From positions 1,240,001 to 1,304,000 of the forward strand of contig VRMN01000004.1 of assembly GCA_008690995.1 (NCBI GenBank): 64,000 nt of DNA, given 5' to 3'. This DNA is from Porphyridium purpureum (taxonomy: Eukaryota). Shown in pieces: positions 40,812 through 50,593 of the stretch (positions within the stretch are counted from its first letter, which is position 1; every line of letters begins with the position of its first letter). The notes beneath the pieces are model-generated. The model made no database searches. It was not told the DNA's origin and saw only the letters and a list, made by a program, of their open reading frames with translations. The position numbers and the translations under genes are program-made.

Positions 40812-42755
40812 TCAAGCTGTCGAACCACTGAATACGCGAGCCGACACTGGTTCCAGTGCAACTTTCAGAACACCGCCATGGACTGACATAGACTCTAGCT
40901 CGCGGGACCTTGTCGACACAAGTTCCTCTAGAGAGCTGGGCGTTCGTCCCAGTGGCTTGAGATCAAGTTCTACACTCAACGCTTCGTTTGCGCATGACAT
41001 GAGGATCACGATAATCTCGGATTCAAAGACGCGACAAAAGGCTAGCATCGTATTCGTGTTGGACAGCATATGGATCCCGCCCTGGGTGAGCGGGCCAGCA
41101 TGCTCTTTTCGCACGCGAATCAAATCCTTCGTGAGAGAAAACAGGCGCTTCTCCTCTCCAGACCAGGCTGTCTCCCGGTTCGATACATCGAGCAGAGGGA
41201 GCCGCAACGCAGCATCACCATCCTTCTTGTGGCCCTTTGCCCCGTACTCATCTCCGTAGTAAATCGCGGGAATGCCACGCAATGTATGGAGAAGAACGTG
41301 AGCAAGCTGAAGTTCGTCAAAATTCGTGAGAATCGAAGCAATACGACTGATGTCGTGGTTGCTAAGAAAGTTTGTCAGCAGCAGACCCGGATACATGGAC
41401 AACTCGCGTTGCACGTTGTGGACTAATTCAAAGAAATTCTTCTCCTTGATACTCGACCACAGCGGCTTGTAGATCTGGTAGTTGGTACACGAATGGCACA
41501 GCCCCTCGGCTGGGTTGGCAAATTTCGAATAGTCTCCGTGAATGGTCTCTGCAAGGAGAATGTAGTCCTGCGCAACTTCCGAACATGCACTGCGGAAACC
41601 GAGCCAAAACTCAGTGGGCATCTCATGCGCACAGTCCAAGCGCCACCCATCCAGGCCCTGCTGAAGCCAATGCTGCCCAATGCCATAAAGGTAGTTGCGT
41701 ACTTCTGGATTCGACAGGTTGAACATGGGCAGCTCCTGACAATTTGCCCACGACTTGTACCCAAAGGGGTCGCCGAATGCTGATGAGCCCCCTTCCTTGA
41801 TATAGTACCAGTTCGCGTAAGGGCTAGATTTCCACCCATGGTGACCACGCTTCAGAAGATCTTGGAACGCAAAATGTTCTCTCCCCGAGTGATTGAAAAC
41901 ACCGTCCAGAATAACCTTGATCCCACGCTCGTGCAGTTCTGCCAAGACTGTTTTGAACGTCTCGTTTGTACCGAGCCGTCGGTCGACTTTCATGTAGTCA
42001 TACGTGTCATAGCCATGAGTGCCGCTCTCAAAGATGGGAGTGAACTGCACTGCAGTGATCCCCATCTCCTGCAAGTAATCGTAGTACTTGCGTATGTCCA
42101 GCAGGCGCTCCACCGGCTGCGCGTTTGGGTCCAAGCGCTCTGGCACGTGTCCAAAACTGCCCCCTTCGCCTGGCTTTTGGCCTGGAGAGCCCAGCGGGAA
42201 TAAATGGTAGATGGTGCCGTGACTGTACCATGCCGGCATGAGCTCGTGGGCATGCAGCGAAGAATCGCCCTGAGTCGCGACCGAGGACGCTACCAACTTG
42301 ACCTCTTGCTTCTGTCCAGGCAGCGTCGCCTGTTCTGTGCGACCCACGTTTGGATGGTGCTGTTCCTTCTCGTGATCTTGCTGCCGCTGTGGCTGCTGCT
42401 CGGCCAACGCCGTGCGCGCTGCGGCAAACCAGGTGTCCAGATCGAGCGCGCTGTCCTTCTGCTCAATACGGGTAGGCACGGCAATGCGCTTGTTTGCGCC
42501 AGGCATCCAGACCGGGTCGCCGCCTCCCTTGCGCATCCACACGTACTTATACTCCAGGCCGCCTGCGTGCTCACCGGGCTGCAAGCGCACCTCTGCGCGC
42601 CACAGATTCGCGCCAGCCAAGCTCATGGCGGGCGCGCGGTGCGGCCGCCACCAGCCCAAGCTGCGGCACGCCCCAACCACCCTCAACTCTCCATCGTGCG
42701 GCTCATCCTCAATGTTCCATCCCGCCTCCACCTCAAACACCACCAGCGTCGACAT
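40812..42755 (-). CDS. CBM20 + GH13 cyclomaltodextrinase/neopullulanase-like alpha-glucan hydrolase
   Basis: N-terminal VVG...LGWW..A..M....W....LEYKYV...W.PG.N (CBM20); HGYDT.DY, LDGVFNH, GWRLDCA, AETIH, SNHD, GIPAIYYGDE. Confidence 0.9.
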   Translation of the reverse strand: MSTLVVFEVEAGWNIEDEPHDGELRVVGACRSLGWWRPHRAPAMSLAGANLWRAEVRLQPGEHAGGLEYKYVWMRKGGGDPVWMPGANKRIAVPTRIEQKDSALDLDTWFAAARTALAEQQPQRQQDHEKEQHHPNVGRTEQATLPGQKQEVKLVASSVATQGDSSLHAHELMPAWYSHGTIYHLFPLGSPGQKPGEGGSFGHVPERLDPNAQPVERLLDIRKYYDYLQEMGITAVQFTPIFESGTHGYDTYDYMKVDRRLGTNETFKTVLAELHERGIKVILDGVFNHSGREHFAFQDLLKRGHHGWKSSPYANWYYIKEGGSSAFGDPFGYKSWANCQELPMFNLSNPEVRNYLYGIGQHWLQQGLDGWRLDCAHEMPTEFWLGFRSACSEVAQDYILLAETIHGDYSKFANPAEGLCHSCTNYQIYKPLWSSIKEKNFFELVHNVQRELSMYPGLLLTNFLSNHDISRIASILTNFDELQLAHVLLHTLRGIPAIYYGDEYGAKGHKKDGDAALRLPLLDVSNRETAWSGEEKRLFSLTKDLIRVRKEHAGPLTQGGIHMLSNTNTMLAFCRVFESEIIVILMSCANEALSVELDLKPLGRTPSSLEELVSTRSRELESMSVHGGVLKVALEPVSARVFSGSTA

Positions 42756-43286
42756 CCCTCCCTCCCGACCTTCCGTTTCCCTTCCCCTCCGTCCCTCCCT
42801 CTGCCTCTCCCTCACTCCTCCGCGCGATCCGCCTCCGTCAAATCTCTCCGCACGCCGCACGGGCATTGACGTGTAGCGGTACACTCCCCGAGTACAGCTC
42901 ATCAATACGGTACAGTGATCGGGTGTCCAGTACCTCCCGGCGCATCCGAGATGCCATTGCAATGCAGCATGACTCGATCTCCGTCAACGGACGATTGGCG
43001 GCGCCCCCAATGGGACATTGCGGCACCTGCAGCGCCGCGCACGTCCCGCTCATGTTGTGGATGAGATGGCATGCCAGCCGGCGCTGCGGCCACTTTGCGC
43101 TCGCGGTCGGAGCGAGTATAAGTACGGCGGCAGACCGCTAATCGTGCCGCACGCGTGTCACCTCATGGTACGCAGCAAATCTCGCCGGGCGCTGCGCACG
43201 TGTGGATGTGCCTGCGTGTGCCTCGGTTTGGGGGAACACAGAGTTGAGCGCGGGCAGAGGCGATGCGAGCTGGACATTCGCCAAAG

Positions 43287-45089
43287 ATGTGGGCCCGTGT
43301 GATGTTGCTAGGGTGCGTAGTCGCACTCGCGCTTCGTGGGGCGGCGTGCGCCGATGCTATTCCGGCTTTGGACCTCGACGTGGCCAGCCAGCTCAACGTC
43401 GTGCCAGGGGGGCCCGTGACGCTGTCGAATACGGCCCTTCGATTGACGCCCTATGCCCAGATTCAGAATATAGGCATTTGCGCAGTTGCTCCAAACTCGT
43501 ACAATCTGAATGATTATGAGACGCAGCTCGCTGTCCAGGACACTTCTCTTTCAAAGTGCTTGCCGTTCCCAAGCTCGCTTGCGTCCTTTCCGGGCGCGTA
43601 CGCTTGCGATGATGAACTCGTCATGCTCGTCAGTTTCGATCGTACCCCAAGCACAACTCCCGATCCGGTCTCTGCCACGCAGACTGCTGCGAACGTCGAG
43701 TTCACTGTAGAGCTGGACGTGACGGACAATGCGCCCGGAGGGTTCATAGGCTTTGACGGTATCATGAGCGCGCGACTGAACACGGGCGACCCGGCATTCA
43801 CTGCGTCTACAAGTTTGGGCCTGTTTGTCGACGATTCGGAGCCGGCGTTCACAACTCCATCGGGTGAATACAAGAAACGCTACTCTTTCCTGTTGATGGA
43901 TGTGCCAGAGGCCGTCTCAGTGGTGGTTCGTTTGTCTTTGAGAATGGTTTGCCCCGCAGGATCGCCGGTGCCCACTGGTGATGATGTCGTGACAATTTCA
44001 AATTTTATCGTCAGCTACGCCGACGGCACATCTGATGTTCCGACTGTTGCGAGGCCGTATGCCATGTACAGAATGGAAGACCTGCTCGGTGCTGGCGTTG
44101 CATTTCCTGTTGTTCAGCACCTCGGTGTTGCCGCGGGTGGCAACTGTTTGGACGGGGCGGCGACAGTGAGTGTGGAAGCCGGTAGCGTAGTGAGGCACTG
44201 TGCCTATGTGACTAATATTGGCACGCGGGACCTGACGTCCATGGTGGTTGAAGACTTTGGCTTTGGCGAAGGCGCTCCAGGCACACTGATTCCAGGCTTT
44301 TCCTCTGTCCTGCCGGCAGGTGCAAAGGAAAGCGCGTCCTATGAGTCGCAATTCGACACCGCAGGCCTCTTTGACGTGCCTATTCAAGTACGGGGCATGG
44401 ACGGCACCCGCCCTGTTTCAGATTCAGACTCCCTGACGGTCGTGGTGGGTCCTACGAGAACAGCCGCGCCGCAGAGCACGCCGGGCCCGAATTCGCTCAT
44501 ACTGGAGATGAATCTTACGTCTGGCGAGTGTTCTGATGTGCTTCTGGACCCGAAGGTCCTGATCACCTTTCCAGGCGACGCACACACGAGGTGCTACCGC
44601 ATCAGAAATGTCGGTTCAGTCCCCGTGACGCTTCAAGTGGTTGACGGTGGTCCCGCTTTTTTCGTTGGACAGACAATACAGCCCAATGCGGTACTGGAGG
44701 GTTCAACCACACATACTCTTGGCGGAGGGGCTTCCAGCGGAATGGAAGTCATTGATTTCACTGTGACAGAAACACATGGAAAATCCTTCACGGATTCGGC
44801 GGCGCTCCTTATTAATCCTGCATCTGGAGAAGAACCCGTCTATTGCTATGGGTATCGGCCAGCGGGCGAGCCGACTGGCACGTGCTACTACCTGCGCTAC
44901 ATTAATGATAGCGGCAATCTGTACGAACTGTGCGACAGTCGCGGCTGCAATCCCGCGCTGCAATGTTTCGGCTATGAAAAGCTGGAATCGTACTATTCGC
45001 TGCTGGAAATGCGCAGCTCATCGAGAATGGATGAGAATTGTGATCGAGTCACCGGCTCGGGCCTGTTTTCCATGTCCGTGAATCTCTGA
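43287..45089 (+). CDS. Secreted beta-sandwich (Ig-like) repeat protein with Cys-rich tail
   Basis: Signal peptide ending AACA-D; two modules with C.Y.VTN.G / CY.I.NVG pattern; Cys-rich C-terminus. Confidence 0.7.
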   Translation: MWARVMLLGCVVALALRGAACADAIPALDLDVASQLNVVPGGPVTLSNTALRLTPYAQIQNIGICAVAPNSYNLNDYETQLAVQDTSLSKCLPFPSSLASFPGAYACDDELVMLVSFDRTPSTTPDPVSATQTAANVEFTVELDVTDNAPGGFIGFDGIMSARLNTGDPAFTASTSLGLFVDDSEPAFTTPSGEYKKRYSFLLMDVPEAVSVVVRLSLRMVCPAGSPVPTGDDVVTISNFIVSYADGTSDVPTVARPYAMYRMEDLLGAGVAFPVVQHLGVAAGGNCLDGAATVSVEAGSVVRHCAYVTNIGTRDLTSMVVEDFGFGEGAPGTLIPGFSSVLPAGAKESASYESQFDTAGLFDVPIQVRGMDGTRPVSDSDSLTVVVGPTRTAAPQSTPGPNSLILEMNLTSGECSDVLLDPKVLITFPGDAHTRCYRIRNVGSVPVTLQVVDGGPAFFVGQTIQPNAVLEGSTTHTLGGGASSGMEVIDFTVTETHGKSFTDSAALLINPASGEEPVYCYGYRPAGEPTGTCYYLRYINDSGNLYELCDSRGCNPALQCFGYEKLESYYSLLEMRSSSRMDENCDRVTGSGLFSMSVNL

Positions 45090-45585
45090 CCAGTGGAACA
45101 CGAGCAAAATGTGCTTAATCACAAATTTCATATTCATATATTGTATTTTCTGACACTCTATCGGTAACAAACAAGACCGGCATTGATCCTGCGACAGTCA
45201 CCGTTTCTTCGTTCTAGCCTTAAAAGGTGCCTTTGGTGGACACGCGGCTTGAACAGATGCGAAAGAACAGAATCAGTCGCCTCAACTCCAGATACATAAA
45301 ATCCTACTCACTTTCGGCGTCCTTGTTGCCGCTGAGAATAATGCGTCGTGCCGGTGAGACGGTGCACCTATTCGCTCTCGGCTCGAGAGCGACCACATTC
45401 GTACCTACACACACAGAGAGGAGCGGCAAATCCGCATGAACTGCGTGGCACCACTATGCCCAGCGACGGGATGGTCGGAACCTGTGCATGCGCGTACGCT
45501 GCACTCTGAGCCCTACAAGGACGGACATGTACATGTGCACATGCACACATACGCATACTTAGGACAGGTCATCGTCCGCGCTCGT

Positions 45586-46418
45586 TCAGCTGATCCGGGC
45601 AACGAGGCGCGCGTCGGCGCCGCAAGCCAGCACCTTCTGGTCGCCTCCGGCTGCATGGGAAGCCATTTTGCCCACTGTAAAATATCCGAAATGCAAAAGC
45701 AAGTTTTGGAGCTCGAGGATGGGACCCATGGTCGGGGCATCCGCAATGCCTGCCAAAAGAGAAGCCTCAAATGCTTCGTATTCATCTAAATCAACGTACA
45801 AGCGAAAGTTTAGCAGCGACAGCATTTCTCGCTCCAAAGCGTTGAGCTCGCCAACGCTGATGCCACCGACCTTCGCGTAGAATGAGTTCTGGTAGTAGAT
45901 ATCGTCAGAAAATTTAGCGGCGATGACGATAGCAGTGATAAGAAGGCGATGCACGTTGCGGTCGTTCAAAAGCTCGGTGCCGGTGATGCCGCATCGCTCA
46001 GCGTCCGGGCCAAAGACGCGCAACTGTATTCTGTTGAGGTAGATCAGCGACAAGACAAAGCACGATGGCGAGCAGCTCATGAACTGGACCACGCGGCTGA
46101 CGTAGTCCAGAATCGAAATCTGCGGCGCCTCGACGGCGGCAAAGGGCAGCAAGCGCCGGTGCAGCGGGTCGCAATTCCACGCGGCGTCATGGGACGGGCC
46201 CGCGCGCGCGCCAGCACGCTCGCGACGACGCGCTGCAGCAGCGCCAGGTCATCGTGCAGGTGGCGCTGCCGCTCGCGCCCCAGCGGCACCACTTGCAGCG
46301 CGCTTCCACTCCACGTGGACGCCGCTGCTGCCAGGCCACTGCCGCTGGCACTGCCTCCCAATGCCGATGCGCCTCGTCGCGCCGGCTTCTTCACATTGCT
46401 CTTCATACACTCCCCCAT
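45586..46418 (-). CDS. Cyclin U / PHO80-like cyclin, frame broken at about 46200-46211
   Basis: PQISILDYVSR, CSPSCFVLSLIY, NVHRLLIT...AAKF.DD.YY.N.FYAKVGGI...ELN.LE; ATG and N-terminal helix lie in another frame. Confidence 0.8.
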
Positions 46419-47184
46419 TCCGCTTCTCCTCCACGCTGCCGTCCCTCCAGCCGTCTTCCCCTCTGCACTGGCCCCCCACCCCACCCCCAACTCGCACTCC
46501 AAATCTCCGCACTCCACCCTGCAACCCCAGGCCGACTCTCTCGCGCTATATCTCTCACTCTCTCTCTTTTTATACGCGCAAGCGCCTGAGCTTATCCGCC
46601 AGACGTCCGCGTCACGTTCCCGCACCTGAGAAGTGCTAAAGCTTACTGGCCCACCTTGCCGCGTCCAAAACGGTCGCACAACTCCGTCTTGTTAGGAAAA
46701 GGAGGGCGTGCGTGTACGAACATGCGCACTTGTCAGGTACGGACGACTCGTCCATCCAGGCCCCAAGCCCCCGCCCTCAAACACACCTTGCGTATGCTGC
46801 TGGTGCGACTGCGCCGTTTTCGTGACGCCTTCGTTGTTTTGGGGCGGTTTGAAGGTGGGGTGAGAGGGATCGCGCGATCTTTTTACCCGGTGGGTAAGGT
46901 GCTGCGTGCGGATGAGCGTGCAAAGTACACTTCATCGGTCACAACGGCGTCGTCGACGCGCGGGACTGTACTTTCGCCGCTGAAATGAGGACGGAGGGGA
47001 GGTACAGCGGGTGCGGCATCAACCGGTCTAAACGGTTCGGCGGCAACGCGCGCGCGCGGTGAACCGGCGAACCGGAACGCGCGGGTGGGGCGTGGCGGGG
47101 GTGGGGGGCGGGGTGCGGGCGGATGGAGCGGTGGTGGCAACGGCGGGATGGACGCGCGCGAGAGGCGGCGTAGATGAGGAGGGT

Positions 47185-48111
47185 ATGGGGTCAAGCTTCT
47201 CGAGCCAGAGGACTGATGGACTCGCGAGACACGGTGGCCGGGAAGATGCTGCCGCGCGGCAGGAAGGAATGGGATCGGCGCCGCGGAGTCGGCGCCGCGC
47301 GACCGTACACGCGGACGCGCGCAGCAGCCAGCACAGCGCGGCGCCCACCGCGAGTCGAGATGCCCGCGAGGCGCATGTGGACTCGTGGCACTTGCGCGCC
47401 AGAGAGACGTCGGGGTTCTTGATCGAGCTGGCCGAGGGCGGCGCAGACGCGGCGGGTTCGAGTGATGCCGCGGCACACGCGCCCCTTCCTTCAGACGCGG
47501 CGGCGCCCGCACCCGGGCCGACGTCTTGGCAGATTAGTGTCGTGCACAACTTTTTGTACGGAACAGCGACCGGAATTCTCATCGGTGGCTACCGCGGCCT
47601 CCGCATGGCTCGTAATCGCGACATTAAGGCACCGTCCGACATCAGAAACTTCTACACGAGGCAGAAATACTTTTTCACGATTGAGGCCTCGAGATACGGT
47701 CTTTTGATGGGATTGTTTACGGCGTGGCTGGCTGGCGCTCATGCCTACGTGCAGGAATACAGGGGCGGCGCGGAGGACGCGTGGAACATGGGGATTGCTG
47801 CTGCGTCCGGCGGCGCCTTGTTTGGCGCCAGGCTTGGTCGCGGCATTCCTGGGACGCTGGCGTCCTCCGCTGCCGCAGGTATCCTGGGTTGTTCTGTGGG
47901 AATGATGCAGGTGGAAGTACGCAAGGTCATGCAGACCGAAGAATTCCAGGAGATTGAACGACAGAGACTGGAAGCTCGCCGCAAGCCGACCGATGAGGAG
48001 TTGCATGCGTCGCTGATGGACACTGTGAATGTTGTGCGTTTCGCTGCTAATAACGCAGCTCGAGCCACCGGACTCTTGAGAAGCCCATCCTCTTCAGCGC
48101 CGGACGAATGA
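47185..48111 (+). CDS. Tim17/Tim22/Tim23 family membrane protein
   Basis: Gly-rich TM segments; YRGGAEDAWNMGIAAASGGALFG signature. Confidence 0.75.
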   Translation: MGSSFSSQRTDGLARHGGREDAAARQEGMGSAPRSRRRATVHADARSSQHSAAPTASRDAREAHVDSWHLRARETSGFLIELAEGGADAAGSSDAAAHAPLPSDAAAPAPGPTSWQISVVHNFLYGTATGILIGGYRGLRMARNRDIKAPSDIRNFYTRQKYFFTIEASRYGLLMGLFTAWLAGAHAYVQEYRGGAEDAWNMGIAAASGGALFGARLGRGIPGTLASSAAAGILGCSVGMMQVEVRKVMQTEEFQEIERQRLEARRKPTDEELHASLMDTVNVVRFAANNAARATGLLRSPSSSAPDE

Positions 48112-48266
48112 CGTGTTGGACTTGCGGGCCTTGGTGGCCGGCTCGCCACATCCTGACAGATTTTGCTAGCTACGTAGAGCAAGGTCGAGCGCAAGGTACA
48201 CGCGACCCTGAGATCGACTCTTTATACAATACCGTGCTGTTCGTGGCTGTGCCTTCATGTACATAT

Positions 48267-49655
48267 CTACGGCGCGTGTCCATCATCTGTTCTACTGACG
48301 TCCTCGCGGACGCGTTTTGGCACAGATACCTCTTTTTGTTCCGGATCACATTCTGCGTGCAAGCCATCACTGTCATGCTGGACGCTTGAAGACCGACGCT
48401 TCTCTGACAGTGGGAGAGCGAAAGGAGGCATCGCGCTCCTTGCAGATTGATCATGATCATCCGAGGCGCCTTGCGCGTGACTGGCCGCGAGCGAGTACTG
48501 AAGGAGCTCCGACACGCCGGCATGCGCGTGCACTTGCGGAAAGTCTTGTCGCTGCCGCCAGAGCGCGCGACTTCCGAATGGTCGCTCACTCTGAGAGTTC
48601 GGCCTTGGCTCCATGAGCTGCGCGCTTGGCGCATCGCCACGCTCTGATGGATCCGAAGGATAAATCACATTTGTATTCAAGATCACAGGAGCGATTCTGC
48701 TCAAAGTGATAAGCTCTGCATATCGCGGCGACGCACCGGACGGTATTTCTGGCTCCGGTGCTGCTGGCGTGCTGGGACTGACTGTGCTCTTGTCATCTGG
48801 CGCCCGGCTTGGCGAAAACTCCGGCGAAATCGAGCTCAAACTACCAGTATTTCCGTGTCTCGGTTGCTCGTTTGCCCCCAACGGAGCCGCTGCGGGGGGC
48901 GTGTCGTCTCTCCCTGTAGGATTTGCCATCACCAAGGTCCGAGCCGTGACGGATGTGGATCCGCTCTGCCCGAAAGCAGCGACATGGGGAAGCTGAGCGG
49001 CTGCATTTACAGCTATACCCGCACCAGAAGATGATGCTAGCGCTCCGTCGCTTGTTTTCGGAGACCCTACCACCCCGGTTTGTTTCTCGTGTGCGAGGAT
49101 GTGTGATGCCAGACAAGAGCGCCACTTGTACTGCTTACTGCAGCCAGGGTAGGTGCAAATGTACGGTTCTTCCTCAGTGTGCATGCGTTTGTGAACTTTC
49201 AGATTTGACCTTCTGGTGAAAAGTCGACCGCATTCTGGTTCCAAACACTTGTACCGCACGTTGCCTTCGCTGTCGTACACGACCTCGAGCGCGCGCATAG
49301 AGTCATCGTCCGCGCCCCCAGCCGGCGTTCCAACTGTTTGCTCGTCCGCATTCGAAACCCGCTGTGAGTTTCTCAAAGGCGTAGACCGCGTGTTTCCGCG
49401 TGGGACCCTTGCTGTGACCTTGCCTCTTCTCGCCTGCGCCCAGTTGGACGTCTGGTGAGACGTTGACTCTTGTCTGTTACGGTGTACAGGCTCTGCCTCA
49501 TCGACCGGAGTCCGTGTTGCGACGCCGGTCTTCAACGGAGCCTGGGAATTTTCTTCCTGAGTAGTTTCGGTCGACGTATCTTGCGCCTCAGCTTTGCGCC
49601 GGCTTTCGGTACCTGGCATATCTCCGGCTCTCGAAGACTTCGTGGCCGGGCGCAT
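48267..49655 (-). CDS. C2H2 zinc-finger transcription factor
   Basis: YKCLEPECGRLFTRRSNLKVHKRMHTEEEPYICTYPGCSKQYKWRSCLASHILAH. Confidence 0.9.
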   Translation of the reverse strand: MRPATKSSRAGDMPGTESRRKAEAQDTSTETTQEENSQAPLKTGVATRTPVDEAEPVHRNRQESTSHQTSNWAQARRGKVTARVPRGNTRSTPLRNSQRVSNADEQTVGTPAGGADDDSMRALEVVYDSEGNVRYKCLEPECGRLFTRRSNLKVHKRMHTEEEPYICTYPGCSKQYKWRSCLASHILAHEKQTGVVGSPKTSDGALASSSGAGIAVNAAAQLPHVAAFGQSGSTSVTARTLVMANPTGRDDTPPAAAPLGANEQPRHGNTGSLSSISPEFSPSRAPDDKSTVSPSTPAAPEPEIPSGASPRYAELITLSRIAPVILNTNVIYPSDPSERGDAPSAQLMEPRPNSQSERPFGSRALWRQRQDFPQVHAHAGVSELLQYSLAASHAQGASDDHDQSARSAMPPFALPLSEKRRSSSVQHDSDGLHAECDPEQKEVSVPKRVREDVSRTDDGHAP

Positions 49656-50593
49656 GTCTCGCACGAAGAGGCAGGTGGTGTCCCGATACCGTCGCAGTCC
49701 ACAGACAGCTGCACGTTCGGGGACAAAAATTTCGCACGAGCGCTAGCGTCTGCTAGTTCATACCCATCACACCGCTCTCAGACTATTACAAAACTACTGC
49801 ACAGCTCATTTGTTGTCTTTACCGATGGGCGAAGTGCGACGATGCGATGGGCCAAGCCGAGCTCCTTCGGTCCTTTGCCCCGGCCCTTCATTCACGGACT
49901 GACTCTTGGACAGCGCGATGCTTTTTTGGGGGGTTGTTGTTTCTAGTCTCAGCCGGTTTTCTGCTGTCTGCCTGCCTTCTCGCGCTTCCCGTCAGTACCG
50001 TCAAACAGGAGAAGAGATCCGGAGTCTGTGCTTGAGCGGTACGCACGTCAAAGACAGCGGCTGTCCTCATCAACCACGCGCAGCAGTCGTCCATCATTTC
50101 ACGTCGTATCAGCACACTGCTAGGACTGTCTGCAGGGAAAGATGAATTTCCCCGGCTAATGCGTGTGTGTGTGTGCGTTTCTTTCCTCGGCACAGCCGCG
50201 CAAGCACACCATCGCTCGAGGGAGGTTCTGCTGGCGTTCTGAGCAGATTTTCGCCCGCACTTCAGAGCCGACAGCGCGCGCGTCCTTGCAGGACCACGGC
50301 CATGGGGATGGCTGCCCACTGTCAGCAGCCACACATGGCTGGTCCACCGCAGGGTACAGTGTACAGTGCCGTGGGTACGGTTCCGGGTGTACTCCGAGTA
50401 CAGCTGGGCGCGCACGCTGGCTTTGCCCACCCCCTCACGCCCCACCCGGCACGCACCGCCTTTCCGTGCGCTGGTGGTGGCAAGCAACTGCACACTGCAA
50501 AAAGAAATAAAGAGGTAGACCCCGCACTTCTGTACGTTTCATTCTCACTCCAACCACCCGTAGACCCGCATGGGTGCACGGCAACATCGTTCT

